Shown piece by piece: positions 1 to 11,720 of a stretch of DNA of 64,000 nucleotides. Under the pieces are notes generated by a model that searched no databases, had not been told where the DNA came from, and was given only the letters and a program-made list of their open reading frames with translations. A program made the position numbers and the translations under genes. Source of the DNA: Octopus vulgaris (lineage: Eukaryota). The DNA lies in NCBI GenBank assembly GCA_951406725.2, contig OX597827.1:61938001-62002000 (forward strand), in the 5' to 3' direction. Positions within the stretch are counted from its first letter, which is position 1. The number at the start of each line of letters is the position of its first letter.

Positions 1-91
1 TACACCAATACAACTTTGGCGGAGCAAAAATTCCATGTGAAATGCAGCAGGATTCGGAAAGCTAGTGATGATGTATGAATGCCTACACTAA

Positions 92-682
92 GGTGGCGAG
101 CTGGCAGAAACGTTAGCGCACCGGGCGAAATGCTTAGCGGTATTTCGTCTGCGTTATGTTGTGAGTTCAAATTCCGCCGAGGTCGACTTTGCCTTTCATC
201 CTTTCGGGGTCGATAAATTAAGTGCCAGTTACGCACTGGGGTCGATGTAATCGACTTAATACCTATGTCTGTCCTTGTTTGTCCCCTCTGTGTTTAGCCC
301 CTTGTGGGTGATAAAGAAATAGGTATTTCGTCTGCTGCTACGTTCTGAGTTCAAATTCCGTCGAGGTCGACTTTCATCCTTTCGGAGTCGATTAAATAAG
401 TACCAGTTGAACACTGGGGTCGATATAATCGATTTAATCTGTTTGTTTGTCCCCTCTATGATTAGCCCCTTGTGGGCAATAAAGAAATAAGAATCATTAA
501 CGCATTGGACGAAAGGCTTAGCGATATTTCACCCATCGCTAAGTTCTGAGTTCAAATTCCGCCGAGGTCGACTTTGCCTTTCATCCTTTGGGAGTCGATA
601 AAATAAGTATCAGTTAAAGACTGGGGTCGATGTAATCGAATCTTCCCCACCTCTCACAAGCTGTCCTTGTGGCAAAAAATCT
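92..682 (+). mobile_element. tRNA-derived SINE family A (OR1-like), head-to-tail trimer
   Basis: Head GGTGGCGAGCTGGCAGAAACGTTAGC, B-box-like GAGTTCAAATTCC and core GTCGACTTTGCCTTTCATCCTTTCGGGGTCGATAAATTAAGT occur three times. Units 1-2 end in TTTGTCCCCTCT..AGCCCCTTGTGGG..ATAAAGAAATA. The same sequence recurs more than 15 times in the window. Confidence 0.9.
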
Positions 683-774
683 GAATGTTTTACACTACAT
701 CTTTACTTTTTATATTACATCGACTTGTATGCCAAAATATGCCGTAGGTTCTCCTCTATTCAAAATATGTTATA

Positions 775-1104
775 CATCTTTTCCTCGACTTACGACCGAG
801 TTCAGTTCCGACTGACAGATCGTAAGTCGATCTGGTCGTATGTCGGATTTATATTTTTCAGCACTATTTTCATTCAAGCGCAACTGATGCTTGAAAGCGA
901 CTGAGTGAGAGACAGTGGCAGGCAGTGTATGCCTGGGTCTGAGGGAGGCCTGCGTTGCCAGATGCTGACATAGTTATCGAACGCGCATCTGCCCAACATC
1001 CGAAAATCGATTATTTATTTATTTATATTTTCATTTCCTTATTTTTTGTTGTTGTAAGTGTGGATTATCGTAAGTCGCATAGGTCGTAAGTCGAGGAGAA
1101 AGTG
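775..1104. mobile_element. Tigger/pogo-like MITE
   Basis: TIRs CATCTTTTCCTCGACTTACGACC / GGTCGTAAGTCGAGGAGAAAGTG, flanked by TA at 773-774 and 1105-1106; subterminal TCGTAAGTCG repeats. Confidence 0.8.
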
Positions 1105-1180
1105 TAACTGTTTGTTATTTCTAGTTTAAAGATTTCTGGGTATTGAATATCATAGGAAAGTTCTTCACTGGATAAAGCTA

Positions 1181-1249
1181 TTGGGTTGTCCGTAAAGTTC
1201 GTGCCGATTTATAGTAGCTTACCTTTCGACTTATTTTAGAACATGGTTG
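1181..1249 (+). mobile_element. mariner left end (TIR plus 5' UTR), truncated
   Basis: TA|TTGGGTTGTCCGTAAAGTTCGTGCCGATTTATAGTAGCTT matches the reverse complement of 46610-46678 (the mariner element below). Confidence 0.85.
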
Positions 1250-1379
1250 TTTTGTGAGTCCGCAGATGGTTAGTGAGGCCAATCTGCGCCCGAAAGAGTC
1301 TTCGACAGTTTGGACAGGGAATGGTAGCGTCTGCTACAGGGTTGTTAGCTCTGTTCTTCCTAGCTTGTCTGCGGTCTTC

Positions 1380-1580
1380 TGCAGCAGCGATCGATTACCC
1401 AAAGCATTGCTCTTTGGCGAGCTGCAAAAGGGAAAGCGCTCACAAGGCGGCCAGAAGAAGCGCTTTAAGGACACACTGAAAGCCTTTAACATCGACCATG
1501 ACACTTGGGAGTAGTCTGCTCTAGACAGAGAAGGGTGGCGATCAGCTGTCCGCAAGGGTGCCAACACATGCGAGACCAAT
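1380..1580 (+). pseudogene. RTE-clade LINE, C-terminal ORF fragment
   Basis: Translates DRLPKALLFGELQKGKRSQGGQKKRFKDTLKAFNIDHDTWE*SALDREGWRSAVRKG, the typical RTE C-terminal motif, with an in-frame stop. Confidence 0.85.
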
Positions 1581-1589
1581 TTTTCTATC

Positions 1590-2370
1590 AATGACGCAAG
1601 GTCTGAAATGTCACAGGAGGGAGCTAGTCACTTACTTCGACACCTGTATTGATACTTATTTCATTGATACCGAAAGGATGAAAAGCAAAATCGATCTCGA
1701 GGATATTTGAACTCAGAACTTAAACCGGAATGAAATGTCGCTAAGTATTTTGTCGGGCGTGCTAACGATTCTGCTTGCTCGCCGATTTGTAATTCTTTTA
1801 TTCTCCGCCCTTTCTTTGCACAAGTCTTGAAATTTTTGAGGGAGGGAGACACCTCATAGAGAAATAATCTTTTGTTATAGGCGCAAGGCCTAAAATTGTG
1901 AGCAGGGGACTACTCGCTTACATCACTTTCTGTACTCAAACGGTACTTATTTTATCTACCACAAAAGGTAAATTCGACCTCGGCGGAATTTGAACTCAGA
2001 ACGTAACGACGGACAAAATGCCGCTAATCATTTTGCCCAGCGTGCTAACAGTTCTGCCAGGTAGCCGCTTTACCCCGAATAAAGAGATAATAAAATACCT
2101 TTTAATTGAAAGTTTACATTCTTAACAAGATGTAGGTATTGATGACAGCCAACAATAGCATGACTATTGAATATTGGTTTCAAATTTTGGTACAAGGCCA
2201 GCAATTTTGGGATAGGTGGTAAGTCGATTACATCGACCTCAGTGCTCAACTGGTAATTATTTCATCGACCCTGAAAAGACGAAAGGCAAAATCGACTTCG
2301 GTGGCATTTGAACTCAGAATGTAAAGACGGACGAAATTCTGCCAAGCATTTTGCCTAGCACTCTGCCACT
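1590..2370 (-). mobile_element. cluster of three diverged SINE family A copies
   Basis: Reverse-complement family A motifs (TTTGAACTCAGA, CGTGCTAAC, ATCGAC) at about 1590-1785, 1870-2070 and 2175-2370. Confidence 0.75.
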
Positions 2371-2716
2371 GAGTATTACGTTAGAAATTTGTGGGTTTGC
2401 ATCTTAGGTCACCAAATTCCTCGATGTGAAGTCTGTTCCTTTGATTATTTAGCAACTCATCTATGTGGCTAAATCCAGTTTCAGTTACAGAGGATCTTGC
2501 AAGCATAAGTAGAGACTTGTCAGAAACTGCACTAAATTTTAGATATTTGGTTGTAGTGTTTTCATTGTACCAGAAATAACTAAATTTTAGTATTTGAAAA
2601 TTGCCTTTGCCTCGAGATTCCCGTTCATTTCAATCAATTTCTCTTGTTAATCTCAGTATTTGATTCCTTTTGTTTTTCATATACAGTGATACTTCAGCTT
2701 TACGCCATTTTTTTTC

Positions 2717-3080
2717 TCTAATTTCAGCTCAGAGCTGTGGCCATGCTGATGCACCGCCGTTTTGCTAATTGAGGTCTTCATTAGAGCCTCCTCTAATATG
2801 TGACACTTGGGGAAGCATGGAGTTTGATATAGCTACCCTCATTTGCACCTCTTGCCGTGAGGTAGGTTCATCTGGGACTCTCGACAGGAAGAGGTCCAAC
2901 TTTGATTTAAAAACCCTACATCTACTTTGTGCAAGTTCCTCAGACTCTTTGGGAAAATATTAAAAATCTGTGGGCCCTGGGAACCCAGGTTGTTGCAGTA
3001 ACTGGTCCTGAAGCGTGATGGCATTGCTGGGACCTTTGGCACTATGCAGTGTCGTCCCGTTCTAGCATTGGTGTAGCTTA
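2717..3080 (-). mobile_element. CR1/L2-like LINE 3' end fragment
   Basis: Minus strand reads RTGRHCIVPK..GPQIFNIFPKSLRNL..SKLDLFLSRVPDEP (frameshifted), homologous to the C-terminus of the 41560-42753 ORF. It is followed by the tail GGCGGTGCATCAGCATGGCCACAGCTCTGAGCTGAAA. Confidence 0.85.
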
Positions 3081-3946
3081 GGCCCTGGGACTGAAATTCC
3101 CTGTGGACCGGTGTACTCTGTAAGTTTCATATTCAGTTTTGGATAGAAAAAATAAACCCTAATTTCAGTCGATTTATTTGATTGAAATTGAGGCTTATTT
3201 CACAGGACCCAATTGGAAAGAAACAGAAATGACAGTACAGAATCATGAATAGTAGAGAAAAGTCGTCGATAAGTTATGCTTCACACCGAAGGGAGTGAAA
3301 GACTTAACGTAACTTATGGCATAAAACGTAACTTATGGCATGAAACGTACGGCATAAACAAAAAAGACCTTTGTTTTTTTTCTTAAATATGATCACGAGG
3401 AATTAAACTAAGTTCCGATATTTTTTACAAAACGTCTCTTAGTGTCTTAAAACATTGAAGATCTTTTATTATCTTATCTCAATGCATTTTCACAAGATAG
3501 TCTTTAATCCTTGAAGGTTTCATTGCATCATTTTCAAATTTGTCTTTCCCCTTTAACAAAAATATAGATATTGTCGTGTTAGTGACAGATAGATAGATAG
3601 ACAAGCTGACAGACAGATAGATAATTATTTTCAATAAATTAGCTAATTAGTCACGATCACAGGAATATATTTAATTTTCCTTCATGTGAGTTTGCGTTTT
3701 GCTTTTTTTACGCAGATTTGTTAACTCTATTAAAGAGATAAAAAGGAAAAGATATATTTAAATCGATATTATATTGTATTGCAATAATTGTTTTATATAT
3801 ATTTATAATCTTAATTTATTACAGCAACTTTAAAGAGATCAATTTATGCATAATTTTTTATTTATATTACAGAGATTTTCAACTTACAACATTTGAATTT
3901 TACTGCTTGTTTTACTACTCTCAACGGTAAGAAAAATGTCGACAAC

Positions 3947-4110
3947 AGATGCAGGAGTGTCTGTGTGGTGAGAAATTTGCTTTCCAGTCTCATGGTTCCG
4001 GGTTCAGTCCCACAGCGTGGCATCTTGGGAAAATCTCTTATATTATAATTCCAGGTCCAATAAAACTCCGTGAGAGGATTTGATCGACAGAAACTGAAAG
4101 AAGCACGTCG
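3947..4110 (+). mobile_element. SINE family B (CORE-like, OR2-like) 5' part
   Basis: GCAGGAGTG..TGTGTGGT..GGTTCCGGGTTCAGTCCCAC..GAAACTGAAAGAAGC; runs into (TATG)n at about 4113-4263. Confidence 0.8.
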
Positions 4111-4427
4111 TGTATGTATGTATGTATGTATGTATGTATGTATGTATGTATGTATGTATGTATGTATGTATGTATGTATGTATGTATGTATGTATGTATG
4201 CATGCATGTATGTATGTATGTATGTATGTATGTATGTATGTATGTATGCATGTATGTATGTATTTGCTCCCACCGCAATATGTCATAATGTAAAAAGGGG
4301 GAAACAGATTGGGTTTATCAGTGGAAAGAAAAGCCTACGGAAAAGATTACGGTAACCTTGGGCAATAATGTCATGCAAAAAAACATATTACAGTTAATGA
4401 CTCTCTTTTTTCCTTTCTTTTTTTTTT

Positions 4428-4728
4428 GGTTCATAGGATTATGCTCAAGGTGGCTCCGTCACTCACACGTGCCATCCTTGCTACATTCATCCATCTTTTT
4501 TTTTAAACATTCACTAGACAAAACTTCTCTCTCTACTCTCACCTTCATCTTCAAGTGATACTTGAAGAAGTTGATGAGAAATTCACCAGCGAGGAAAGTG
4601 TTTGTTTCTAGACCTTTCAGACGCGTCCACCATACACATTCTTTCGCCATAGCCACAAGTACGATGAAGATGGCTCTTCCTTCCCGTTTCAAGGGAGGAG
4701 GCGTGACAATATTCACGATAAACTCGGT
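4428..4728 (-). mobile_element. Tx1/L1-clade LINE ORF2 C-terminal fragment
   Basis: NIVTPPPLKREGRAIFIVLVAMAKECVWWTRLKGLETNTF, nearly identical to the 5965-6774 copy. Confidence 0.9.
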
Positions 4729-5027
4729 TTCAAAATAGGTTATTCAACAGTTAATGTATAAATTCAATAATATATGATATAACGAGAAATGGCTCTGACG
4801 AAGGTAGCATTAATTTTCTTAGGTCGTTCAATTTCCCTCAATTTATCAATAGACCAATTGAGTAAACATCAGTAACAAATCTTTAGTGACTACTGAAAAC
4901 AGCTGTAAGCCAAATTTGTTCCAATAAAGGAAAAAAATTGTAATAGCCATTATTTTAACTTGTTTCTTATATATCACTCTGTGTAAAAGCCAGTTTGTCT
5001 GGAGCTCATCTACAGATGTACAATATA

Positions 5028-5412
5028 AGGAAGCACTCCGTCGGTTACGACGACGAGGGTTCCGGTTGATCCGAATCAACGGAACAGCCTGCTCGTGAAA
5101 TTAACGTGTAAGTGGCTGAGCACTCCACAGACACGTGTACCCTTAACGTAGTTCTCGGGGATATTCAGCGTGACACAGAGAGTGACAAGGCCGGCCCTTT
5201 GAAATACAGGTACAACAGAAACAGGAAGTAAGAGTGAGAGAAAGTTGTGGTGAAAGAGTACAGCAGGGATCACCACCATCCCCTGCCGGAGCCTCGTGGA
5301 GCTTTAGGTGTTTTCACTCAATAAACACTCACAACGCCCGGTCTGGGAATCGAAACCGCGATCCTATGACCGCGAGTCCGCTGCCCTAACCACTGGACCA
5401 TTGCGCCTCCAA
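5028..5412 (-). mobile_element. full-length tRNA-derived SINE family C with 14-bp TSD
   Basis: Head GGAGGCGCAATGGTCCAGTGGTTAGG..GGTTTCGATTCCC. TSD AGATGTACAATATA at 5014-5027 and 5413-5426. A partial second copy is at 48809-48997. Confidence 0.92.
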
Positions 5413-5609
5413 AGATGTACAATATAGGATTGTGATGAACCATAAACTTGGGTCCTACCAAAAGCTTTCCTGGAGTTCTTCACTAATCGAAGATAATATT
5501 GTTAGCATGGTGTACCAACAGAGAACTTATGAAGAATTTAGCCCAGATTGATAATTCCTCACTATTTGTTCTCTCTCTATATATATGTATGCAACCACAC
5601 ACACGTACT

Positions 5610-5808
5610 GTTCGTGACATATTTTCCTTCTCTGGACTTTTCCGCTTTCCTTTTAAGACGAAGAGCTATGCTCGAAAAGTTAAAAACTTACACTTCTTTC
5701 CACCTTTCCTGAGCGTTAAACATTCCATGTGTACGTCCTCTTATTGTTTTGTATTTTTAATGTTCGATTGTTTGTTGAAGTTTTAACATTCGATTTAACT
5801 ACTCCCTA
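5610..5808 (+). mobile_element. Penelope-type terminal-repeat (pLTR-like) remnant
   Basis: GAAGAGCTATGCTCGAAAAGTTAAA..TTCCTGAGCG matches the copies at 42930-43092 and 56820-57027. Confidence 0.6.
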
Positions 5809-5863
5809 CACACATACACACACATATTATATATGTATATATATATATATATATATGTAATCA

Positions 5864-5964
<101 letters not shown>

Positions 5965-7161
5965 GAACAGGTGTGGTCGCCGTTTGTGAGGCACGCTTTC
6001 CCGCAGCTAATCTCCATGACCGAACTGCAGTCGCGGATCAAAAAGAGGCCGAGGAAGGGCGAATGGCACCGCGAGTGTCGCGTTGCTCTCAAGCAACTCT
6101 GCCGTCCCGGGTCGACGCTGAGTAACTCCATCACAACCCAAGCATTCTATAGGGGATTAGTGGAGGGGAGGTACGACGACGAGCTCGGGGCGAACCTGGA
6201 CGTCGACGAGGAATACCTGACCCGCCTGTTCGGGACGACTTTCGGGCCAGGGCCCATGGACAACTTCCAGAGATCCCTGGCCTGGCAGTGCTACCGAGAA
6301 GCGCTACTCGTTCGGGATAAGCTCTACAGACACGGCTCGAGAAACACGGGGCCGACCTGCCCGAGATGCGGTCAGAGCGACGAAACCGTTCTGCACGCAC
6401 TCGTTCTGTGTCCAACAATTTCCGACCTGTGGGCTTATGTCGAACAACTGCTGTCACGTGTGGGACGAGTCGGTTTATCAGCTGAGTCTATCGTCAATAT
6501 TGTCACGCCTCCTTCCTTCAAACGGGAAGGAAGAGCTATTTTCATCATCCTTGTGGCTATGGCGAAAGAATGTATCTGGTGGACGCGTCTGAAAGGATTG
6601 GAGACAAACACTTTCCTCTCTGGTCAATCTGTCATCAACTTCAAGTACCACTTGAAAAGGAAAGTGAGAGTAGAGAGGCAAGTTTTGTCTAGCCAATGTT
6701 TTAAAAAACAATGGGTGAATGTAGCAAGGATGGCACGTATGAATGACGAAGCCACCTTGAGCATAATCCTATGAACCCAGAAATTGAAAACAGAGGGTTA
6801 CCCACTTGCAAACAAATGTGGTAACATATAACAATATTGACCGAGGTTACCTGGTCTTTTTCGTAGGCTTTTCTTCCCACGGATAAACCTTATCTGCTTC
6901 CCCCTTTACACCGTACATCATGACACTGTGATACACGATCCCTATTGATCGTTTTTTTCCTCTTCCCCTTTTTTCCTCTTTTTTCTTCTTTTTTCTTTTT
7001 TTCTTTTGTTTCTTTTCCTTTTTTTCTTTTTTTCTTTTTTCCCTTTTACGATCCCTTTTGATCGAAAACCTACGCCACATTTTTTTTTCATCCCCCAAAA
7101 GAAAAGCTCTACCTTGTAATTTGTCCCATCTGTGTGTAGCCCTGTGTGGCCAATAAAGAAA
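5965..7161 (+). mobile_element. 5'-truncated Tx1/L1-clade LINE (ORF2 C-terminus with CCHC knuckle, 3' UTR)
   Basis: Unbroken frame to the stop at 6774 containing LAWQCYREALLVRDKL..CPRCGQSDETVLHALVLC..W (zf-RVT type). T-rich UTR and AATAAA at about 7152. (CTAT)n lies on both sides. Confidence 0.9.
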
Positions 7162-7162
7162 C

Positions 7163-7224
<62 letters not shown>

Positions 7225-7225
7225 G

Positions 7226-7388
7226 TATATAATAGACTCCTGCACAGTTTCCGTCTAGCAAATTCGTCCACAAGGCCTTTGTCAGCCAGGAGCTTATTGT
7301 TGCAGACGCTTGCTAAAAGTGACCAGCAGTGGGACTGAACCCGAAACCACGTGATTGCAAAGCGAGCTTCTCTAACCACACAGCTATC
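7226..7388 (-). mobile_element. diverged SINE family B 5' part
   Basis: CAGTTTCCGTCTA..GCAGTGGGACTGAACCCG..ACCACACAGC, the reverse complement of the family B head. Confidence 0.7.
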
Positions 7389-7903
7389 GCATTAAAAAAT
7401 GTTTAACTTAATTCTTTCGGAAGTAAAATCACTCCAAGCATATTTTAACGTTCTCAATAAGGCAGGATTTGTTTTTATGGTTGAATTTAAACGCCCTCAG
7501 CTCTCTCTGTAGGTTTCGGTCGTCCTGCATCTAACTCATTCTAACCAATTGCTATTTATATAAAGGCTTTACGAGAACTGTGTCCTTCACTGCTGCAAAA
7601 GTGAGTGTTGGCAGAAACGATTTGATGTCCCGGAATGTTACTGTAACGTCTACACGCACATTTACTTTATTAGAATACATTCCAAATTCATTGTTTTCGT
7701 CTAATTATTTTACATAGACAGTGCTCATAGCTCCAATTAATTTCTAATTACTTAAAGAGCATTGTCAGTAAAGAAAGACCTCAATTAAATGAATTAGGAT
7801 GTACGCTCTGAGATACGTATGCCTAGTTACCACTGACACAAAAAATAGACCTACATACACGCACGCACACATATGTGCGTGTGTATATTTATCTATATAT
7901 CTA

Positions 7904-8018
<115 letters not shown>

Positions 8019-8076
8019 ATGTGTGTGTGTGTGTACATATAATTGTACATATATATATGTACAATTATGCTTGCGT

Positions 8077-8127
<51 letters not shown>

Positions 8128-8131
8128 GCTA

Positions 8132-8167
<36 letters not shown>

Positions 8168-9044
8168 ACTGTCAATCTGCCTATCTATCTTTCTCTCTTT
8201 CTTTCTATATGTATATATATATATATATATATATACACATACACCCACACATATATAAGATATATATAATATAAATACATATATTTATATATAAGGCATG
8301 TATAATATACATATATAAATAAGAAGTACATAATATATATATGATATATATATTATTATATATATAATATATACCATTATATATAATATATATATATACA
8401 TATAAACACACATACATATATATATACACATATATATATATATATATACATATATGCACACACGTGAGTATACATACTGAGTGAGAGTATGTTTTTTTTT
8501 GTATATATTATATATGTAATATATGTATATACATCGCACAAAAAAACCCCAAACATACAAAAAAGCACTTCTGCTTTGTTTATAGAATCAATCAAAATAA
8601 AACGTAAATGGAGAAATAACAAACGCATCGTATCTTAAATCTAATTTATAAATTATAAACTATGATCAGGAAAAATGGTCGTACATCCGGTTCCGGTATC
8701 GGCGCCGGTATAGCTGCCGGATAAAAATTGTTATTGTTGTTATTATTGTTGTTGCATTTACTTCTACCCTCACATTTGTTGTTATGTTTTTTTTTCGTTA
8801 TTGACATGTGTGTGTGTACGTGTGTTTTAACTCGACATATCGTAGTATGCCTTCGTGTTGCGTTTGTGGTTTTAAGAACATGGCAGCCACAACAAGATGA
8901 AACACAGTAGTCGTTGACTGGCGATTATGTCGGTCGTGTCAATCGTGGTTGAGCAGTCTTATGATCTAAATCGTTCCAGTTATGAACATCCTGATAATTT
9001 TTTCTTCTTTTTTTCTTTTTTGCAGGCATATAGTATAGATAAAG

Positions 9045-9200
9045 TCATGGCAGTGTGGTTAAGAATCTCGGATTGCAATCTATAGGCCTCAGGTTCAGTC
9101 CAGCGGCACAGCCCCTTAGGCAAGTGTCTCTTATTATAACCCCAGGCCGATCAATGCTCTGTGGATGAATTTGGTAGACAGAAGGTCCGCGGAAGCCCAG
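9045..9200 (+). mobile_element. diverged SINE family B 5' part
   Basis: GTGTGGTTAAG..GGTTCAGTCC..GGCAAGTGTC..GAATTTGGTAGAC. Confidence 0.7.
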
Positions 9201-9344
9201 TATATATATATATATATATATATATTTACACAAACACACACACATATACATACATACATACATACATACATACATACATACATACATACATACATACATA
9301 CATACATACATACATACTTGCTTACTGCAAGTTATGGATGATTT

Positions 9345-9526
9345 AAGGTGTTTTCGTGCCCGGCATCAGAAAATGCGTCTGAATAAAAATTGCCGGATAG
9401 CAAATAGAGACTCGGACATTGCTTAGAAAATAATTTTCCTTTTAACCTCGTATATAGTACGCACTAGGGATTTTGACCTTTAAATTTTGGGAAAAAAATG
9501 CGGATTATACTCGAGGATTTACGGTA
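9345..9526. mobile_element. Tc2/pogo-like DNA transposon right end
   Basis: Ends ..AAAAAAATGCGGATTATACTCGAGGATTTACGG|TA, the shape typical of Tc2-like TIRs. No partner end was found. Confidence 0.55.
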
Positions 9527-9696
9527 TGTATGAATGTATGTATGTATATATGTATGCATGAACGTATATACGAGTACACACATACGTGTCTACGTGTGTA
9601 TATTTCTGTTTCTGTGTCTCTTACCGCTTGACAAAATGGCGTTCATTTCTGAATATACTCCCTAACTTAACGGTTTGACTGAGGCAGAAGAAGCAT

Positions 9697-9758
<62 letters not shown>

Positions 9759-10315
9759 CAAGAGAAAGAGAGAGAAAGAGAGAAAAGCAATCGAAAGTGA
9801 GAGAAAGATAGAGAGAATCGAACTATCGCGATCGCGCGCGAGAGAGAGAGTTAGAGAACGAGAAGCAAGAGAAAGAGAGCAGAGAGGGAGAGAGAAAGAG
9901 AGGAAGAAGGGAGGATAGAATAAGGTACCAGATATACAGTAAATACTGCGACTGATATCGCCGACTAACGTCTCCAAAGCGTTGCCTTGCCATGACTGCA
10001 GTCTGACGACAGAAACAAATAAAAAGAACAAAAACGGGATTTTCTAGCATGCATAATAAATAGTGTTAAATTCACATCGAGGCTCACACCGTGATGAAAG
10101 TGAAGTCTTAAGCGTGGAGAAGGCATTTTACTTGTAGAGGGATATTGATCAATAATATCGAACTATATGAACTAACTATTTCGCATTTCAATTCATTTAT
10201 TCAAATTATCGATACAATCGCATATACTTTCAATGTACTCTGCAACCCTTCCTCACACATTCTTTCAAAATGTTACCGTTTAGCTAATTTGCATTTTAAA
10301 TTTTTCTATGTTCTA

Positions 10316-10800
10316 AGGCGACGAGCTGGCAGAAACGTTAGCACGCCGGGCGAAATGCTTAGCGGCATTTCGTCCGTTCTTACACAATGAGTTCAAATTC
10401 CTTGGATGCATTTATTGCAAGAAAGGGGCTTCTCTCTGTTTTACACAGTTCAACAGGTTTTCAGTCAGTGAAATATGTTTTCAAAAGGAAATCTTATTGC
10501 AGACCCACACAAGTGAATGAGTGAAAAACGAAATAGGAATTTTGAAAGAAGTATCTATAAAACAAGGGATTTAAGTGTCGAATAACTGTGGGGTCCACCA
10601 GAATAAAATAGTAATCAAAGGGGCCCATTAATAAAAAATGATTGAAAACATCAAATTACACTATGAGTTCAAATTCCAAAGGTCGACTTTGCCTTTCATC
10701 CTTTCAGAGTCAATAAAATAAATACCAGTTGAGGACCGGCGCCGATGTAATCGACTTAAAACCCCTCCAGTAATTGCTGGCCTTGTGCCAATATTTCAAT
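10316..10800 (+). mobile_element. SINE family A interrupted by a 254-bp insert
   Basis: The head at 10316-10401 resumes at 10656; a 22-bp duplication flanks the insert. Confidence 0.8.
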
Positions 10801-10896
10801 ATCTTTTAGATGTATATCTTAAAGGTTATTTCGTGGATAATATATTTTCATATATTTTAATTTTTAGTTGTTTCAGTCATTTGACTGTGGCCATTT

Positions 10897-11627
10897 GACG
10901 GGAGCCTATGGATAATTCCCAGTAATTCCTGGCCCGGCAGTACTCCCGGAGAGCTCTGTCGGTTCGAGACAAGCTCTACAAACACAGAAATGTTGTCAGA
11001 CGGACCTGTCAGAGGTGTGCACAGGGCGACGAAACCGTCCTGAATGCACTCGTCCAGTGCCCGTGCTTTACTGACTTATGGGGGTTTGTCGAATAGCTGT
11101 TGACGCGTGTAGGACGGATCCGGTTATCAGCCGAATCCATCGTGAAGATCGTTCCGCCACCTTCTTTTGGTCAGGAAAAAAATGCAGTTTTCTTCCGTCT
11201 GGTGGCTACGGCGAAGGAAGTAGTGAGGTAGAAAGGACCGAAAACAGATTACTTTCTTCTTCGAGTAAGCCCTCATCAACTTTTTCAATTTCCACTTGAA
11301 AAGGAAAGTGAAGAATGGGGAGGGGGGAGTTATGCCCTCACACCAGTATTTTCGTTCAAAAGGTGCGTGAATGTCGCGAGGATGGCCTGTGTGAATGGAT
11401 CTACTCTGGACATTCGCCGGTAAAACGGAGGAATTTAGGAGTCGGAGTAACCGGGATGTGTGGAGTTCCTCTCTTGTCTCTGTGAGGAACTCGCTCCTTT
11501 TGGGGAATTTTTACTGCTTAATTGTATTGTTAATTGATACCGTTATTTACTGCATACTCCCACATGTCCCCTGTGTTAAACTGTCCCTATTTGTTTTGTG
11601 TTCGGACCTTGTGGCCAATAAAAAAAA
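10897..11627 (+). mobile_element. older, frameshifted Tx1/L1-clade LINE 3' portion
   Basis: Homologous to 6250-7161 (..RDKLYKH..TCQRCAQGDETVLNALVQCP). Ends GTGGCCAATAAAAAAAA then (ATT)n. Confidence 0.85.
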
Positions 11628-11636
11628 TTATTATTA

Positions 11637-11717
<81 letters not shown>

Positions 11718-11720
<3 letters not shown>

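Noticed and set aside
5330-5412. tRNA genes (also 20520-20590, 37470-37547, 47920-47995, 48809-48885)
   Set aside because: They have A/B boxes but no complete cloverleaf, and they continue into SINE bodies, three of which have TSDs.
10091-10150. C/D-box snoRNA (GTGATGA)
   Set aside because: There is no D box (CTGA) or terminal stem at a suitable distance.
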